A stretch of 64,000 bases of DNA from Enoplolaimus lenunculus (GCA_030248215.1 JASANG010001013.1:496001-560000); one strand, 5' to 3'; positions 1 through 14,152 are shown, counted from the stretch's first letter. Notes: a model not told the origin generated them from the letters alone. Numbers and translations: made by a program.

Positions 1-287
1 CAATTTACCATCCTGCCTTAGCGAAACTTTAGTGACGTTTGTTTCAAATCGCTTGAACCCGCGGTGTCAGACGCAGAAATCTAATATGGGTCAGGCCGAG
101 CTATATTATTATAGCGAAACAAAGCTTACACGAACAAAGCGAACGAGAAACGAAACATAATTTTTGTAAAATTCAAACAAAATAGTAATTTTGGACCATG
201 TTTGGGCCTGAACCAGGGTAATCAACTCTTGATCCCGCAGTCGCCTTGAGGATAGGGCCAGTTTGTGGTTTGTTTTTGCGTTTGGGA

Positions 288-3200
288 TCAAGAATTTGAA
301 CCGTATCCGAACAGTAACAAAACGGGAAGTTGAACAAAACTCATCAAAGAACATCCGATCCATATTCCCAGCTGGCCACCAATATCAGACAGCAAAGTTG
401 TCGCCGGATACGCTTCAATCTCTTCGTATACGATGTATTTTAACGAACGATACGCGATACCAACCTGAAAAAAATAGTATTTTGTGTAAAATTTTAAAAA
501 TATGAAAATTAAAATTTAATATTTCGACTTGGGCTACAAAACGACGAGAGAATTTTGTTTCAAAAAGCTGGCAGTATTGAAAGCAAAAAACGAATTTTAA
601 TGCAGAAACTTACAGAAAATATAGCAAATAGTCGTATTATTAAAAATAACACATCATTAATACTTTCTCACATAAATATTCACAATTTCATATCAAATGT
701 AATTTCAATATTCTATTTCTAGCCTCACGAGTTGTGTGAGACGTTTACGATGACCAGTGAGCTATAGGAGTTTGACGCAGAAGCCCAATGGTACTCTGAC
801 GTCTTGTGAAGATTTTGCACTGTGCGTATATGTTAGAATTGTTAAACACTGCTCATAGTGTCTGTATTGCTCGTATATTATTTGTGTTTAGTCGCTGATA
901 GTATACTCTATGAAGGAAAGGGTTAAATATATGTTTAAGCGATTGCCGAGTTTCGAAAGTTGACACATTTTGGTACTTGTCTCTTTACTTGTGTGCAAAG
1001 TGTAGATTTTCACACGTAAATAAATATTGATTTTGGAATCATGTAAAAAATACAAAGCACTTGCAGGCTGTTTTTGAAACAAAATGTAGTGTTGATGCGA
1101 TATTGGTCATTTTGTCAAATACTAAAACCCAATATCGACTATGTTTCCAAATGCATGCAAATGTTCACCGGGCTTTCTCAAATTTAAACAAAAAACACCT
1201 GATGCGTCTGAATGTATTTTTTCGATTTTGGATGGAATTTTGTCGTTTTATTTCATATCGAACAATTGCAACATATCTGTAATAACAAAAAATTGCGTGA
1301 TTTGTGCGCAATTTAAAAATTAATTTTTGACTGTAAAATAACTGACACCACACACAAAAAAGTATTTCTGACTTATTCAGAAAAGTGTCTTCTGTGGCAA
1401 ATCTGAAAAGTTTTGCTGCTATTTAAGACAATTTTTCTAAAAATACCTGGAAAACGTTTATTTGCAGACTTTATTTCAAAACGTTTTTTGAAAACATTTC
1501 TATTATAACAGAAATACTTTTCAAGTGCACCTTGCTAATCATATTTCTCAAATGTAAGAAATTTTTTCTTAAATATCAGAAATATTATTTTGAGTGCAGT
1601 CTGTATTGCACTATGTTTATACCTGACTGCAATGATTTGAATTTTCCAAAAATGGTCGAGAAAATGTTGACACTTCGTATTCGATTTCTTCACATTGAGG
1701 CAGACAATCGTCTAAACATTTACGATAATTGCTAAAATCACCGGTATACGGTATAAACGGTGAACAGTCCCTAACAGGCGCCGTCGTTTCCGGTCTCGGA
1801 CCATTTGAAGATGCCGCCATCTGTGGGACCGGAGGTTCCGGAAGCGGTTTACATCCGTACTGCTGGATCAATATTTGTCGGTGACATGCGTTGTCACATC
1901 CTGTAAAATTGACATCGTAGTCAGCGCAACGATCGGAACTTCGTGGCCATTGAAAATGTTTGACGCGTCGAAATACCTTCTGAAACAGTAAAATATAAAG
2001 GTTCAATCACCTATAATAGGCTAATGTGATAGTTGTAGTCCAACATTCGACCACGCGAATGGCAGGAGGATCTAAAAATTTAACCCATATCACATTTAAC
2101 CTGTCAGACTTCTGTGCCAATTTTGAGATCTACAAGTGCAGGAATTTGCCGGTTTGAAAACCTGCCGCTATTAACTGCTGGTAGCTGCTATACAGATTTG
2201 AAAATATGTCAGCCTAAACCCAAACGTATTCTAAATATCAACGTATATAATTGACGTAATTCGTTTGTGAATCAAATAAACCAAATACAATATTTGCATC
2301 GAACAAACAGACCACGTATAGGGTCCACGTTCTGACTAAAAACCTAAGCCTAAACCTAAACCTATGTATAAGCGTTAGCTTTCCTGTCTACTAACTCCAG
2401 CCATTGTACCGTTCAAACGAGAACCAAACAAAAAGGGTTTTGTCCCGATTATTAAAAATATGTGCCCATGTTCTCAACTGTGTATATCTCCTATCAGCAG
2501 TTAGTGATACCTTACGTAACTGTTGGCCAATGGAAATAACAAGGGCGGAACAGTATTGTAAGCATATTCCTTAGCCTAAAAGCCTAAGCTTAACCCTAAG
2601 CCAAGCAAAAAATTAGTCTAAAGCTTAAGCTTACTCTATTCTAGTCCCACAGACAAACTCTCCGCCCCTAGTCTTTGCATGGGCGTAACTGTTGAACCAG
2701 TAAGCTGTCGACTGTATAATTTTAGCACATTTATTGCATTCAATTTAATCAGCAACTATGAAATCGTTTTGGATAACGCGGATGTCTCAGTTCGCTTGTT
2801 TAGCAACTTTTGCTGTTCAGCCTTACAATTACTAGTAATCCGTAGTTGCACACATGTGCAAATTCTCCTATTATTGTTGATTTTGGCGTATGTTCAAAAG
2901 TTTACTGGAACGTTGCCTAAAATACGTATGTGGGGCGTTCCAGCTTTAATATATAGATTGTTTACCAACAAAAAGAAAGCAAGTGAATGCATACCTGTTC
3001 AACTGACAGCTTAACTCGTGTCTGAACTGGTATTGCATACTGGTCTATGCGGTCTACATAGCTACCGCTATACAACTCCAAATTAAAATCACCGCTATCA
3101 TGGATCGATTCCACGTGGGAATTGTTAATATTTGCGTAATCTTGCGGGAGGCATAACTGAAATTCGCGTGTACTGAACATTTCTGGTCCCTGTTGTACGC

Positions 3201-4942
3201 CCAAATCCAACGTATAACAGTAAATTGCGAAGTAATGAAACGAAATTCGGGCATTTTGACACGGGTCATAGCGTAAACGGGTAAAAGAGTCTGTCGAAAC
3301 AACCGGTGTGATTAGTGAATCGCAGTCGTATGCCAGTAGGTTGACAAGCCGATGAATACTTTGCGTACGTAGGCGGTACACTTCACTCTAAAAAATAAGG
3401 CACGTTTGACCCATGTACACATCATGGGCGGAGAGTATATTCTGTGGGACTGCAATAGAGTAAGCTTAAGCTTTAGACGAATTTATTTGCTTGGCTTAGG
3501 TTTGGACTTAGGCTTAGGCTTAGGAATATGCTCAGTATTACGCTTAGGCTTAGGCTTATTGAATATGCTCAGTCTTACGCTTAGGTTTAGGCTTTGGCTT
3601 AGGAATATGCTCATTCTTACGGTTAGGCTTAGGCTTAGGCTTAGGAATATGCTCATTCTTACGCTTAGGCTTAGGCTTAGGAATATGCTCAGTCTTACTC
3701 TTAGGTTTAGGCTTACGCTTAAACTTGGGCTTAGAAATATGCTTATAATACTGTACCCCACCCGTGTTCCTATTGACCAACGTTTAAGGATCGACGTAAC
3801 CAAGCGTTTATTTCTAGCGAGTTTAATATTGTGGATCATATGGAACCGGTCGACAGCCGGGTAACTCTGAAGATTGTGGGACTTAATAGGGACTGGCTTA
3901 AGCTTAGGCGTAGACTTTAAGAGGCTTAGGCTTTTAGGCTTAGGCTTATTGAGCAGGCACTTAAAAAAGTTAAACAAAACCAGTTTACACTGTGACAATT
4001 CTCAAATGTATATAGCAACTGTCATCAGTTAGTAATCGGTTTTCAAACTCACTAAACTATCGCAGATGTTGAACTCAAAATGTTTACACAGAGTAGAGCG
4101 AATCAAACGCGAAGAATGTGCTAAATTTTGAGCCTCAGCATTCACTGATTTGAAAGTTACTAGACCTATCACCAACTGGTGAGGCTTGCTGCACGCGTTT
4201 TAGAATACAGGCCTAGGAATTTTTTTACGTTTAGGCTCAAGCTTATTACAACCCCCATACGGCGAATGGTCTCGAATTTGTAAAAAGTACACTGCAAAAA
4301 ATGGTGAGTTAAATTGACACTCTCTCTCTCTGAAATAGACTCTGCGGGACTACACAAACTGAGTCAAATTCGACTCCATCAGCGTCAAACGTGCGGCTCA
4401 GTGAGTCGAATTTGACTCTGGCGGAGTCCAATTTGACTCAATTTGTGTAGGAGCCTATTTCGGAGAGAGTCAATTTGACTCATCATTTTCTGCAGTGTAG
4501 AAATAAAACAACGTACAATAAACACTTGATCGAGAATTTTTAGCGTCCGATATTTGTTGCGTCCATGATACACTGAGCTATTCAGATCCCAAAGGCGTCG
4601 GTCAATGTTGAACTGAGCTAATTTCGTTGGATCGAATCCTCCTTGAAAGCAAACGCTAACGTTTGGGAACCGAATTGACGGCGTCAGCTCTGGCCGAACA
4701 GTTACTTTGACGTCCGATTGAAGATAATTTATTGTCTGTTCGCGAAGATATATTGCACAGATGACAGCGCTAAGCAAACTGAAACCAGTCCAAAGTAGCT
4801 TAATTTGCGTTCCGCGGCACGTATAAATGCCGTGCAATAGTTCAATTGAAGTATTTTCAAGTACACAATCAACGCGAGCCAGAAGTCGGATTTGAAACGG
4901 TTTTGAAGTCGATGCGACGGACGTGTCGGTCTTTTTGTACAT
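288..4942 (-). CDS. DEG/ENaC (amiloride-sensitive channel family) subunit, paralogue 1; 4 exons: 4942-4517, 3387-2995, 1979-1623, 464-288 (~450 aa)
   Basis: All introns GT-AG and phase 0. TM1 (LLWTGFSLLSAVICAIYL), post-TM1 motif RFPNVSVC, Cys-rich thumb (C..C...C...C...CLDDCLPQCEEIEY) and TM2 signature LLSDIGGQLGIWIGCS; TGA at 290-288. The last exon is not in the ORF track in this frame. Confidence 0.9.
661..922 (-). mobile_element. piggyBac-like tRNA-containing MITE copy (degenerate)
   Basis: TTAA flanks, AAGGG end, homology to 40594-40856. Confidence 0.72.
2525..2685. mobile_element. TTAGGC MITE family A
   Basis: GGCCAATG..CATGGGCG ends, perfect TSD taactgtt. Confidence 0.85.
3408..3777. 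mobile_element. TTAGGC MITE family A with tandemly amplified internal unit (ggaatatgctcattcttacgcttaggc...)
   Basis: Family termini; source of the KPKPKRKNEHIP pseudo-ORFs. Confidence 0.8.
4290..4497. mobile_element. CACTGCAAAAAATGG-ended palindromic MITE, TA flanks
   Basis: Long imperfect TIRs with GAGTCAAATTTGACTC motifs; copies at 57911-58119 and 59495-59704. Confidence 0.85.
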
Positions 4943-5862
4943 TTTTAAAAAAAATTAAATTTCAGTTTAAGAGTTAAATTTAAATTTAAAAGTTAAATTT
5001 AAATATAAAAGTTAAATTTAACTTATCGTATAGATTCGAATAGTTGCCGAATTTTTGTACTAAAACGAGTTCATTATAATTTTCGCACCTTCGGCACAAT
5101 TCAAGCTAAGCATGGCGCCAAGGTCAGAGCAGGCACCCCCCACACTTCCCATTTGGGGGGGGCCACCTCTAAACGGGCCCCCACTCTAACCGGCTGAAAC
5201 GAAAACCGGTTAACTTTTAAAATACTGTATATCTTAAGCTTGCTCTGTTCCAGTCTCACAGAAAAACGTTCCGCCTCTAATCTTTACGTGGGCCACAAAA
5301 CATCGGTGAATCATATGGCGTTCATTGACAACCAACTTGCAACAATTTATTAAATTAATTTTGTGCGTTGGCGACTCAAAGCTACAACTTCAACCTAAAA
5401 TCTCAACAAAACAATGTAACCTGAACCAACCCAGCAAAGCAAGACTCTCGCTCTCTCTCTCTCTCCTGATTAATGTTTTTTATAGAAACAGTATATTTTT
5501 GTTGTGTTTTACTATTTGCATTGTTATATTTTGTTGTTTTTTGTTTTTATTTAAATGATTTTAATCCTGATTTCTGCCCAGTGCTTTGAATGTCAAATTG
5601 AACAAATTCAATTAAGCGCGATATATAATATATATAATATATTTAAATATATATCTATATATATTATATATAATATATATGCGAGGTCCAGGAACCCTTA
5701 AAATTTTGGAAAATTCAAATTTGGTAGAAAGTCAAACGTGATTGGCAGTGTTTTGGTGGAAAGACTCTCGTTCGATTCCCTCAAAACGCGCCTACACTTC
5801 TGCTGCACAACTATACTTAAACCTTTCTCACATGAATATTTAGTGCACCCCATTTGATCGAG

Positions 5863-6052
5863 GGCCCACATATAAAACAGGGCCGGAATACTAGTATAAG
5901 CATATTCCTAAGCCTAAGCCTAAGCCTAAGCGTAAGAATAAGCTTATTTATAAGCCTAAGCCTAAGCCTAAGCAAAAAAATTAGTCTAAAGCTTAATCTG
6001 ATTCTATTATAGCCCCTCCGGAATACGATCCGCCCTGTTCTATACATGGGCC
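5863..6052. mobile_element. TTAGGC MITE family A, between the two DEG/ENaC start codons
   Basis: TIR-like ends ..ACAGGGCCGGA / CCCTGTTCTATACATGGGCC. Confidence 0.8.
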
Positions 6053-6301
6053 TGTTCAGAGTATATAGAGCCGTTGATGCTTGTGCCCGAGTGCTCTGTA
6101 CTGTTTGTTGCAGATATATTGTGCAAACCAGTATGGGCCCAAGTATTCATATGCAACTGTGCCTATTTGCTAACACAGTTTGCGCTAAGTTGCTCATAGT
6201 AAACTCTACGCAAAAACGCGTTTACTCAAATGCAGTCTTAAAAAAGTGATTTTCTTGACCAGCATTTTGCTATTAAAACAAACGAAATTCATACAATTTT
6301 T

Positions 6302-6485
6302 GGCCAATGTTACTTTGAGGGGCGTAACAGTAGATTAAGCGTATTCCTAAGCCTAAGCGTTGCAAGAATGTGTTCCTAAGCCTAAACCTAAGCCTAAGCC
6401 TAGGCAAAAAACGTAATCTAGAATCTAAACCTACTCTTTTATAGACCCACCAGAAACCTGGACGCCCCTTAAAGTAACATGGGCC
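6302..6485. mobile_element. TTAGGC MITE family B (TIR GGCC[A/C]ATGTTACTTT)
   Basis: Perfect TSD caattttt. Relatives at 32329-32504, 39067-39464, ~56800-56979 and ~60735-60910. Confidence 0.88.
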
Positions 6486-6535
6486 CAATTTTTTTAACAC
6501 GCAGGAGTACTTTGACTTACTTACAAGAGTAAATT

Positions 6536-9500
6536 ATGACATCAACCGGTGTATTGTACAAGTTTAAACTCTTGATAAAGTATACCAACATTCATAGTTT
6601 GTCTGATTGGGCCAAAAGTCGGACAGCGAGCAGACGTGTATTTTGGACAATTGCCAATATTTTCGGTTTTGCGATGTGTTTTATCTCGATTGCAAAAGTA
6701 ATTTACCTTTATACGTCTTCAGATTCAAAAATTTCAATCTATTCTCATCGTGATGCTTCACTGAATCTGCCTAATGTTATGGTCTGTTACCGCGGCGGAT
6801 GGAACCGTGAACTGCTGCTAGAAACACGGGTCAACGATACATTGATGAACTTGAATGTAATTGGTTTCCACGACGAACCCGTATTAAACGAATTAAATAC
6901 ACTGATGAAGGTTGGTGAAAAGTGTGCAGAAACAGAAAAAAAATTTTCAAAATCCAACCATTTTTAAGCAAACACGAAACCGCGTTTTTGGTCGAGACGG
7001 AGAATAAAAATCTATATATTAAAGCTGGAACGCCACACATACGTATTTTGGGCAACTTTCCAGCATTTACTTTGTTTACAATATTTCGTTTGCAAATACA
7101 CGTGATTGTTCTATAAATGAAAATTTGCAAGGAAATTTTTTGTGCTTTCGCTAACGTTTGCACATTGCGCAACGCTGGCAGACTAGTAGTTTTTATAATG
7201 GATTAGAAACGAAACAAACATTATTAAACGTTTTTAGAACCGATCAGTAGTCTAATAGATCGGGTATATTTGGAACCAGCGACAATGGACTCCTGAAATT
7301 TTAGCGCACATTTCTCTCGTTTGATCTGCGATACTGCCAACAGCGTCCCCACGGGGGCAATCCGCCAAATTCGAATGTTGCCCCTCCCAAATAGATTCGG
7401 TCTAAAAGTAAACAGTCTTGCATTGCAATTGTATGGACCCCCAAACATTATTCGGATCTCCTAAATATAGTTTTCTGCGGACGCCCGTGGCTACGCTGTG
7501 TAATTTTTTTATTTTCCGCCAATGCCTTGGTTGCCTGTTGTGGCAAACTTTTGATGCACAGGCTGGATCCCATGTACGTCTCCCACTCAATGCATGAATT
7601 TAGAACCGTTTTCAACGACTGTAGTGAGATTTAATACTGAAACAACGCACCGCTTCGCGCTCGCTTTACTCGCAACATATTCTTTATAGTTTAAACTCAA
7701 AGTAATGAGCGGATCTTGGACATCTTGCCGTCAAATCACCGTTGCACACTCATTCAAAAGTAAAATATTTCATTGGAATTCATCAATTTTAAAACTGAGT
7801 CAACGAGTCCGTTCGCTGGGCACTCACAAGTTCTTGTAAACTCGACCTTTACAGTTAACTCTAGGTTTCTTGGACCCATCTCAGTTGAAAATTGTAGTTA
7901 TGTGCATAGTTAATTTTGACCGTGCGATAGCGCAAATTGGCTAAACTAAAAATTATCTTCGAGTGTCGATTAATATTTAAAACTCAAATTCAAATTAAAA
8001 TATTTCAGGCCGAAATTCGTCGGCTCAACTTGCGTTCAGTTGAAAATTTTTTCAAAATTTTCAATTACCCATGCGAAACGTTACTCAAACCGCTGGTTGA
8101 ACGAGCTCAACTGAGCGACAGCGATCGTTATGTTCCTTGTGACGCCGGGCGCGTTGCGTATCACCCGTTGTATGTTTCGTGTTACCTGCTCAAACTCGGA
8201 GTTCAACCGCGGCCGAGTCATTCGACCGGCAGGGCGTTCCTGGCATGTGCTCCAGATTTACCCGAAAATCATGATTTATACTTTCAACGAAGGTATCAGT
8301 TTAAAATTGAAATGTTTCATGGAAACAGCGTTTACCATTATTTGGATCTAACCGTACCACCGATGACACTGGTTGAGTATACCGTGACTAAGGTTAGTGT
8401 CGGCTCCGTGCCCGATTGAAAATATCTACAATTCGTCGCTTGACTACTTGCTACTCGACCGTGTCCTATGCCTCCTAAGGTGAATCAAACCTAAACCTAA
8501 GCCTAGACGATAAAGTGCCGAGTCGATGAAACTTCAGATTACAAGTTACCGGTCAATGAGTTGTTGGGTTACGAATTATTTTCATACTGTATACGAGGGA
8601 AAGCAGGTTACAGCCGGAGGTATGCCTTTGTGCCGAAGACTCCGACAAGCTAAGCAGTGAAATTTCTTCAAGTTTAAGCTTAACACTAGTTTTATGTTTA
8701 TCTATATTTTTTGGTTTGATTTATAGGTTCTGCGTAAAAATATGTATATACACTGTAAATTCCAATGAATTAATTAACGCAGACAGAAAGTTAGTTTTTT
8801 TATTTAATATGAGAAAACTTTAACTCATTACGAGTATTAATTATATAAAAATGTGAGTTACAACCCACTCAGAATTGTGAGTTCAAATAGGCCCAACTCA
8901 GACTGAGCAATTCAATTCATTCTGAATTCAAATCAACTCACTGGAAGTTACAGTGTACTAGAACAAAATACGCGCAGTTTGTCCGTCAGGAATTCAAATT
9001 AACTGCGTAAAGCTTTGGTTTCCAAGGATAGATTTGGCGAAATATCAGCTATTCTTAAATTTGTGTGGTATTTTAGCTTTCAAAGACCATTTATGTTTTG
9101 TTTAAACTATAAATAGGATGATATATCTTACGAGTTGAACGGTAAACTGAACGTCAATTTTGTTAAAAATAGATTACACTGTAAATTTCAGCGAGCTGAT
9201 TTTACACTCAGAATCATTTGAATCATTCAGTCTGAGTTAGGACTATCAGAACTCAGAATTTTGAGTTGATTCAATTCATTTTGAGTTAAATAACCAACAC
9301 ACCCAGAGTCAACTCGACTCACAGTTAGAATCAGCTCAACTCCAGAATGAGGTAATGTTTACTGATATTAATTCAGAAACAAACAACTCGCTAGCTGAAT
9401 TGATTGATCAACTTATTGGAATTTACAGTGTAATCCTATACTGGATTAGCTTAAGCTTAAATTGAGTCAGTTGAAGCTGTTATTGAGTATTTGTGCATTC

Positions 9501-10360
9501 GTAGCTGACAATTAATTGCATTTTGTAATTTCAGCGCAGCGTTTCAATACAAAACCGTTTCATGTTTCCGAAACTTACAACCCGATGCTTGCATTATAAT
9601 TACAGTCATGCAGGATGTCACCGCGAATGCGGTCTGCAAGCGACTGCACTTTACAACCGTTGCCGGCCGTTAGATTTGCATCCGGATAGTTTTGAACGCA
9701 AGTTTAGCAATTTTCCTGCTTGCACTCCGTTTATTTCAAGAGTAATCAAAGGTGCACAGGAGTACAAAGAATGCATGAACGACTGCAAACCAGAGTGCAA
9801 TACGATCACGTATCAAGTATCGACGTATACACAACCGTTGTTAACGCGAATCAATGGTTGCAGTTTGGTTAGTGTCTATCTACAACCGTATGTCTTACTC
9901 CGGCTCTGACTCTAAAATCTTTCAGCTCCGGTTGCACTCTTGTAATAGTAGCATCAAGAGTCTACGATGACGTGTCATTGGATAAACCAAAACGGCAACG
10001 AACACTAAGTTTTTCTGAAATATTAAAATCAGATATCTTGTAGTACCAAACCTACGGTATATATAATTCAGCTTTAGGTTTAGGTTTAGGCTTAGGCTCA
10101 ACGGATAAGACCGTTAACATAGAGTTTGTGTTTTTGTTTTGATTCAGATCAAAATTGGCTACCGGGGACTTCAATATGAGCAAGTCACTTATCGCGAAGC
10201 TTTCACGAGCGCAACGTTGGTGTCACACATTGCTGGCCATTTGGGCGTTTGGATCGGCGCCTCGTTCCTGAGCGTAGTTCAAATTCCGTTCCTGTTGATC
10301 GCTGGAAACCATCCGAGTCAAACTGTAAAATCGGTTTCACACGAAACAAAGAAATATTGA
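6536..10360 (+). CDS. DEG/ENaC subunit, paralogue 2; 4 exons: 6536-6910, 8009-8392, 9535-9867, 10148-10360 (~434 aa)
   Basis: Phase-0 GT-AG introns at positions equivalent to paralogue 1. RRVFW-TM1, LPNVMVC, thumb CMNDCKPECNTITY, TM2 LVSHIAGHLGVWIGAS. Confidence 0.9.
9177..9430. mobile_element. CACTGTAAATT-ended MITE (CACTA/CMC-like, 2-bp TSD), rich in ACTCA/TGAGT
   Basis: TIR CACTGTAAATT..AATTTACAGTG. Copies at 8751-8955, 28350-28604 (TA TSD), 43172-43395 (CA TSD), ~43575-43820, 52646-52896, ~56200-56415 and its mirror ~61300-61500. Confidence 0.85.
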
Positions 10361-10564
10361 AAGTATCATTGAAACTTTCATTGACTTTGCGTCAGAATTT
10401 CAATCCACAACGGTATAACCATAGTAACGCGGATCGAGGATGCGGCGTGGGGCAGGGGTTTCTGCGCACCCCCCCCCCTTGTAGTCCAAAATTTAATATA
10501 ATTTTTAAAGAATAATTTTCCAGCTTAGCGTATTTATATCGAACAAGAAAAGCTTTAGATTCGT

Positions 10565-10777
10565 GGCCAATGTAAAGAACAGTGGCGGAACCGTATTATA
10601 AGCATATTCCTAAGCATAAGCCTAAGCTTAAGAATAAGCCTAAGCTTAAGAATGAGTTTAGTCCTAAGCCTAAGCCTAAGTCTAGCCTAAGTCAAGTAAA
10701 AAAATTAGTCAAACGCTTAAGTTTACTCTATTTTAGTCCCACAGAAAAACGTTCTGCCCCTGATATTTACATGTGCT
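10565..10777. mobile_element. TTAGGC MITE family A
   Basis: Perfect TSD agattcgt. Confidence 0.88.
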
Positions 10778-11135
10778 AGATTCGTTAACAGGCAAAAGGT
10801 TAACTGTGAGACATGTCATATATGAAGGCATTTGCCGTCAATTGTCAAAAGCCCATATTCTCAAATATGTGTAGCGTCTATCATCAGTTGGCGATAAATC
10901 TTGTAAACTTTCAAACCAGTGAATGCTGAAGTGTAAACCTGAGGCCATCTTTAGGTTTGCTCAATACAAGAGTTCCATTATTGAGATTCAAATATTTTAA
11001 GAGTTCGTCAAGTTTGAAAACCTATCGGTAACAGATGATAATCGCTGTACGCATTTGAGAATATGTACAAACATTAATATTCTCACCTTCTACGATACCC
11101 AAATCGCACGTGTGCGCTCTGTTGTTTTGCTCCTT

Positions 11136-11600
11136 GACTCATTTTGTACGCCTGAGAGACTCATTTTGTACCCCTGAGAGACTCATTTTGTACCCCTGAG
11201 AGACTCATTTTGTACCCATGAGACACTCATTTTGTACCCCTGAGAGACTCATTTTGTACCCCTGAGAGAGTCATTTTGTACCCATGAGACACTCATTTTG
11301 TAACCATGAGAGACTCATTTTGTAACCATGAGAGACTCATTTTGTAACCATGAGAGACTCATTTTGTACCCCTGACAGACTCATTTTGTACCCATGAGAG
11401 ACTCATTTTGTAACCATGAGAGACTCATTTTGTACCCCTGAGAGACTCATTTTGTAACCATGAGAGACTCATTTTGTACCCCTCAGAGACTCATTTTGTA
11501 CCCATGAGACACTCATTTTGTACCCCTCAGGGACTCATTTTGTACCCCTGACAGACTCATTTTGTACCCCTGAGAGACTCATTTTGTACCCCTGAGAGAC
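11136..11600. repeat. 22-bp minisatellite (GAGAGACTCATTTTGTACCCCT), ~21 copies
   Basis: Direct tandem repeat without spacers. Confidence 0.95.
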
Positions 11601-13887
11601 TTGAACCATATTCGAAGATCCCTACTCTGTTGCCTGAGTTAAACTGCAAACATTTGCACCCTATAAAACAGTACTCCAACGCTCACAAACATAACCGCGA
11701 TGCTTGTAAAAAACAATTAGTTACAATATTGCAAGTTTCTAAACATTTTGTTTCGGTCTGACTCTAAACACCAACGAATCCTTGTCAAACTCCCTAAAAA
11801 TACACTGGACATTTTTGAGATCATTGAAAAATCGCTTTTTACTCGTGAAAACTTTAAGGTTTCTCAGGGTCAATTTCATTTCTTCAAGTGGTTCTAAATT
11901 GCAATAGCACAATTCACTAGTTTATGCAACTTTTAGAAATAAATAAATAAATAAATAAATAAGTAAATAAATATACATATATATGTATGTATATATGTAT
12001 GTATGTAATGGTTTTAAATTTTGTGTATGCTTTTTTCACACCAAATTCACTTTTTAAAGTCACGACTTTTTATGCATTGAAAAATAGTTTGATTTCAAGA
12101 TGAAATTGAATTAAAAATCAAAGCAATGAACGACCCTTTTCAAGATTCGAACTTTTAAAATTTAGTGCTAAATTGACCCAGAGATTGTATATATTTTGTG
12201 TATTTTTCGAGTTGGGGGTTCGAGGTATTTTTGTTTCTTGCTCGAAAGTGTTTACGGTATTGATATCGGGTCGTGTAGTAAAATGTATAACTCCGTAAAC
12301 AGAGGTAGATTAACTGGTGTTTATTTTGGATTTGTGGCAGGTATACTTGTTTTATTCGGTGACGGACTGTTATTTATTTTTCAACTCAAACGTTGTGTTT
12401 ATAAACATCGGTATATTGCTTGTCACTCTGGATTATTTAAATAAGTTACTTATGACAGGAATATTACTTTATAACTGAGGGCAAGTTAAAGCCTGAAGCA
12501 TAAGCAAAAGTTAGTCTAAAGCTTAAGCTTGCTCTATTGCAAACACGCTGAAAAACGATCCGACTATGACGTTTACATGGGCCAAATCAAAGAATACTTT
12601 TGTGAATACTGATAATTATTAAAAAGCCTGTGGCTAACTGATGATAGCTGCTATGAATATTGGTAACACGTCTCTTATACTTGCTTTCAAGGGGGGACGG
12701 ATGAACGGAGCCCCCCTGGAAAATTTTGGCTCCCCTAAAAATTTTCATCCTTGCTTGAAAAATCATTAAAAACCCTTATATGCCCGGCCGGAAAACATTC
12801 CCCCCTAGCAAGGTGAGCTGACTACGGGCCTGCTTACTTCTTTTCTACGTAAAAGGTGTCCTTTTTACGTAAAAAAGTGAAGGTAAGTTGCCCAACTGTT
12901 CTTCGAAGAAAGTTGGTCTCAAATATGAAAATTTTTTCAAAATCCTCAAACTGCAACATTTAAGACAAAATTTAACAAAATTAAAATTTCAACAAAAAAA
13001 TTTGTAAAAATTAGCCAATTTCTACCGTTTATGATTCGCAATTTCACAATCAGGATGCGTTTCATTTTACAAAAATAAACTTCTGTATGCTGCTGTTTTT
13101 CTATGTCACCGTTTCCTTGTTTCGTCAATTTAGCAATTTGAACAGCCCTGAAACGCAAGATTTTGCTCGCAGAAGAAAAATGCGTTGAATGGGCAAAAAA
13201 ACAGTTTTCTAACATGGAATTCTTTTAATTGTGTCGGTAAAATTTTTTTCGCCGAGGGTCGAAAATGTAGGCCGAGAAAAATGGCACTTGGCGTCCCGTA
13301 GGTGCGACCCTGTGGGTCTTCAGGATATTGACTTACAAATTCAGTATTTTTTCTTAAATGTCGTTAGAAAATCGTTTCTTATTTGTTTGCATTGATGGGT
13401 CATATTTTTTACTGTAAACGCAAAGTTTTTGCATATTTTTGAGAAAAAACAGTTTTTGATTTTAAATTAAATTCCGCGGACGAATTTTAGGGTTCTATCA
13501 AGCAATTTTTCGCAAAATTTTGCAAAGTTTTACATACTAATTTATAAACCTTTTTACAGGTTAAACTGTTAATAGTATTTTGCAAAATTTTTGGTTTACA
13601 ACCGTTTACAAAGTAGTATAACGAATCAACCTGGCATATGGGAGGCCCCAGTCCCCCAATTGGGAGGTCCCAAACCTTGGGAACCCACATCTTGGCAAAC
13701 TGCTATTTTTTTCGCAGACCACGGAGTTATAGAGCTGTGACACATATTATTGGGACTCACTCAGACATGTTTGAGGGGGCCGACTATCCTAAGACTAAAT
13801 TTTGAGAATACTTGGTACAAATATAAACATTTTCATATTGCAGTTTGTCAGAATGAAATTAAGCAGCAAACACTTGTTCACAAGTAT

Positions 13888-14152
13888 GGCTCAAATATAG
13901 AACATGTCTGGATCGTTTTCCGGCGCGGCTATAAAATAGAGTCATTTTAAGCTTTAGGCTACTTAAGTTTTTTGCTTAGGCTTAAGGCTTACGCTTAGGC
14001 TTAGGCTTAGCAATAGGTTCATCTTTACGCTTTGGCTTAGGCTTAGGCTTAGGCTTAGGCTTAGGCTTAGGCTTAAGCTTTGGCTTAAACTTAGGCTTAG
14101 GCTTAAGAATATGCTTATACTACTGTTCCGGCCCTGTTCTATACATTTTGCC
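13888..14152. mobile_element. TTAGGC MITE family A
   Basis: Family termini and (TTAGGC)n core. Confidence 0.8.
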
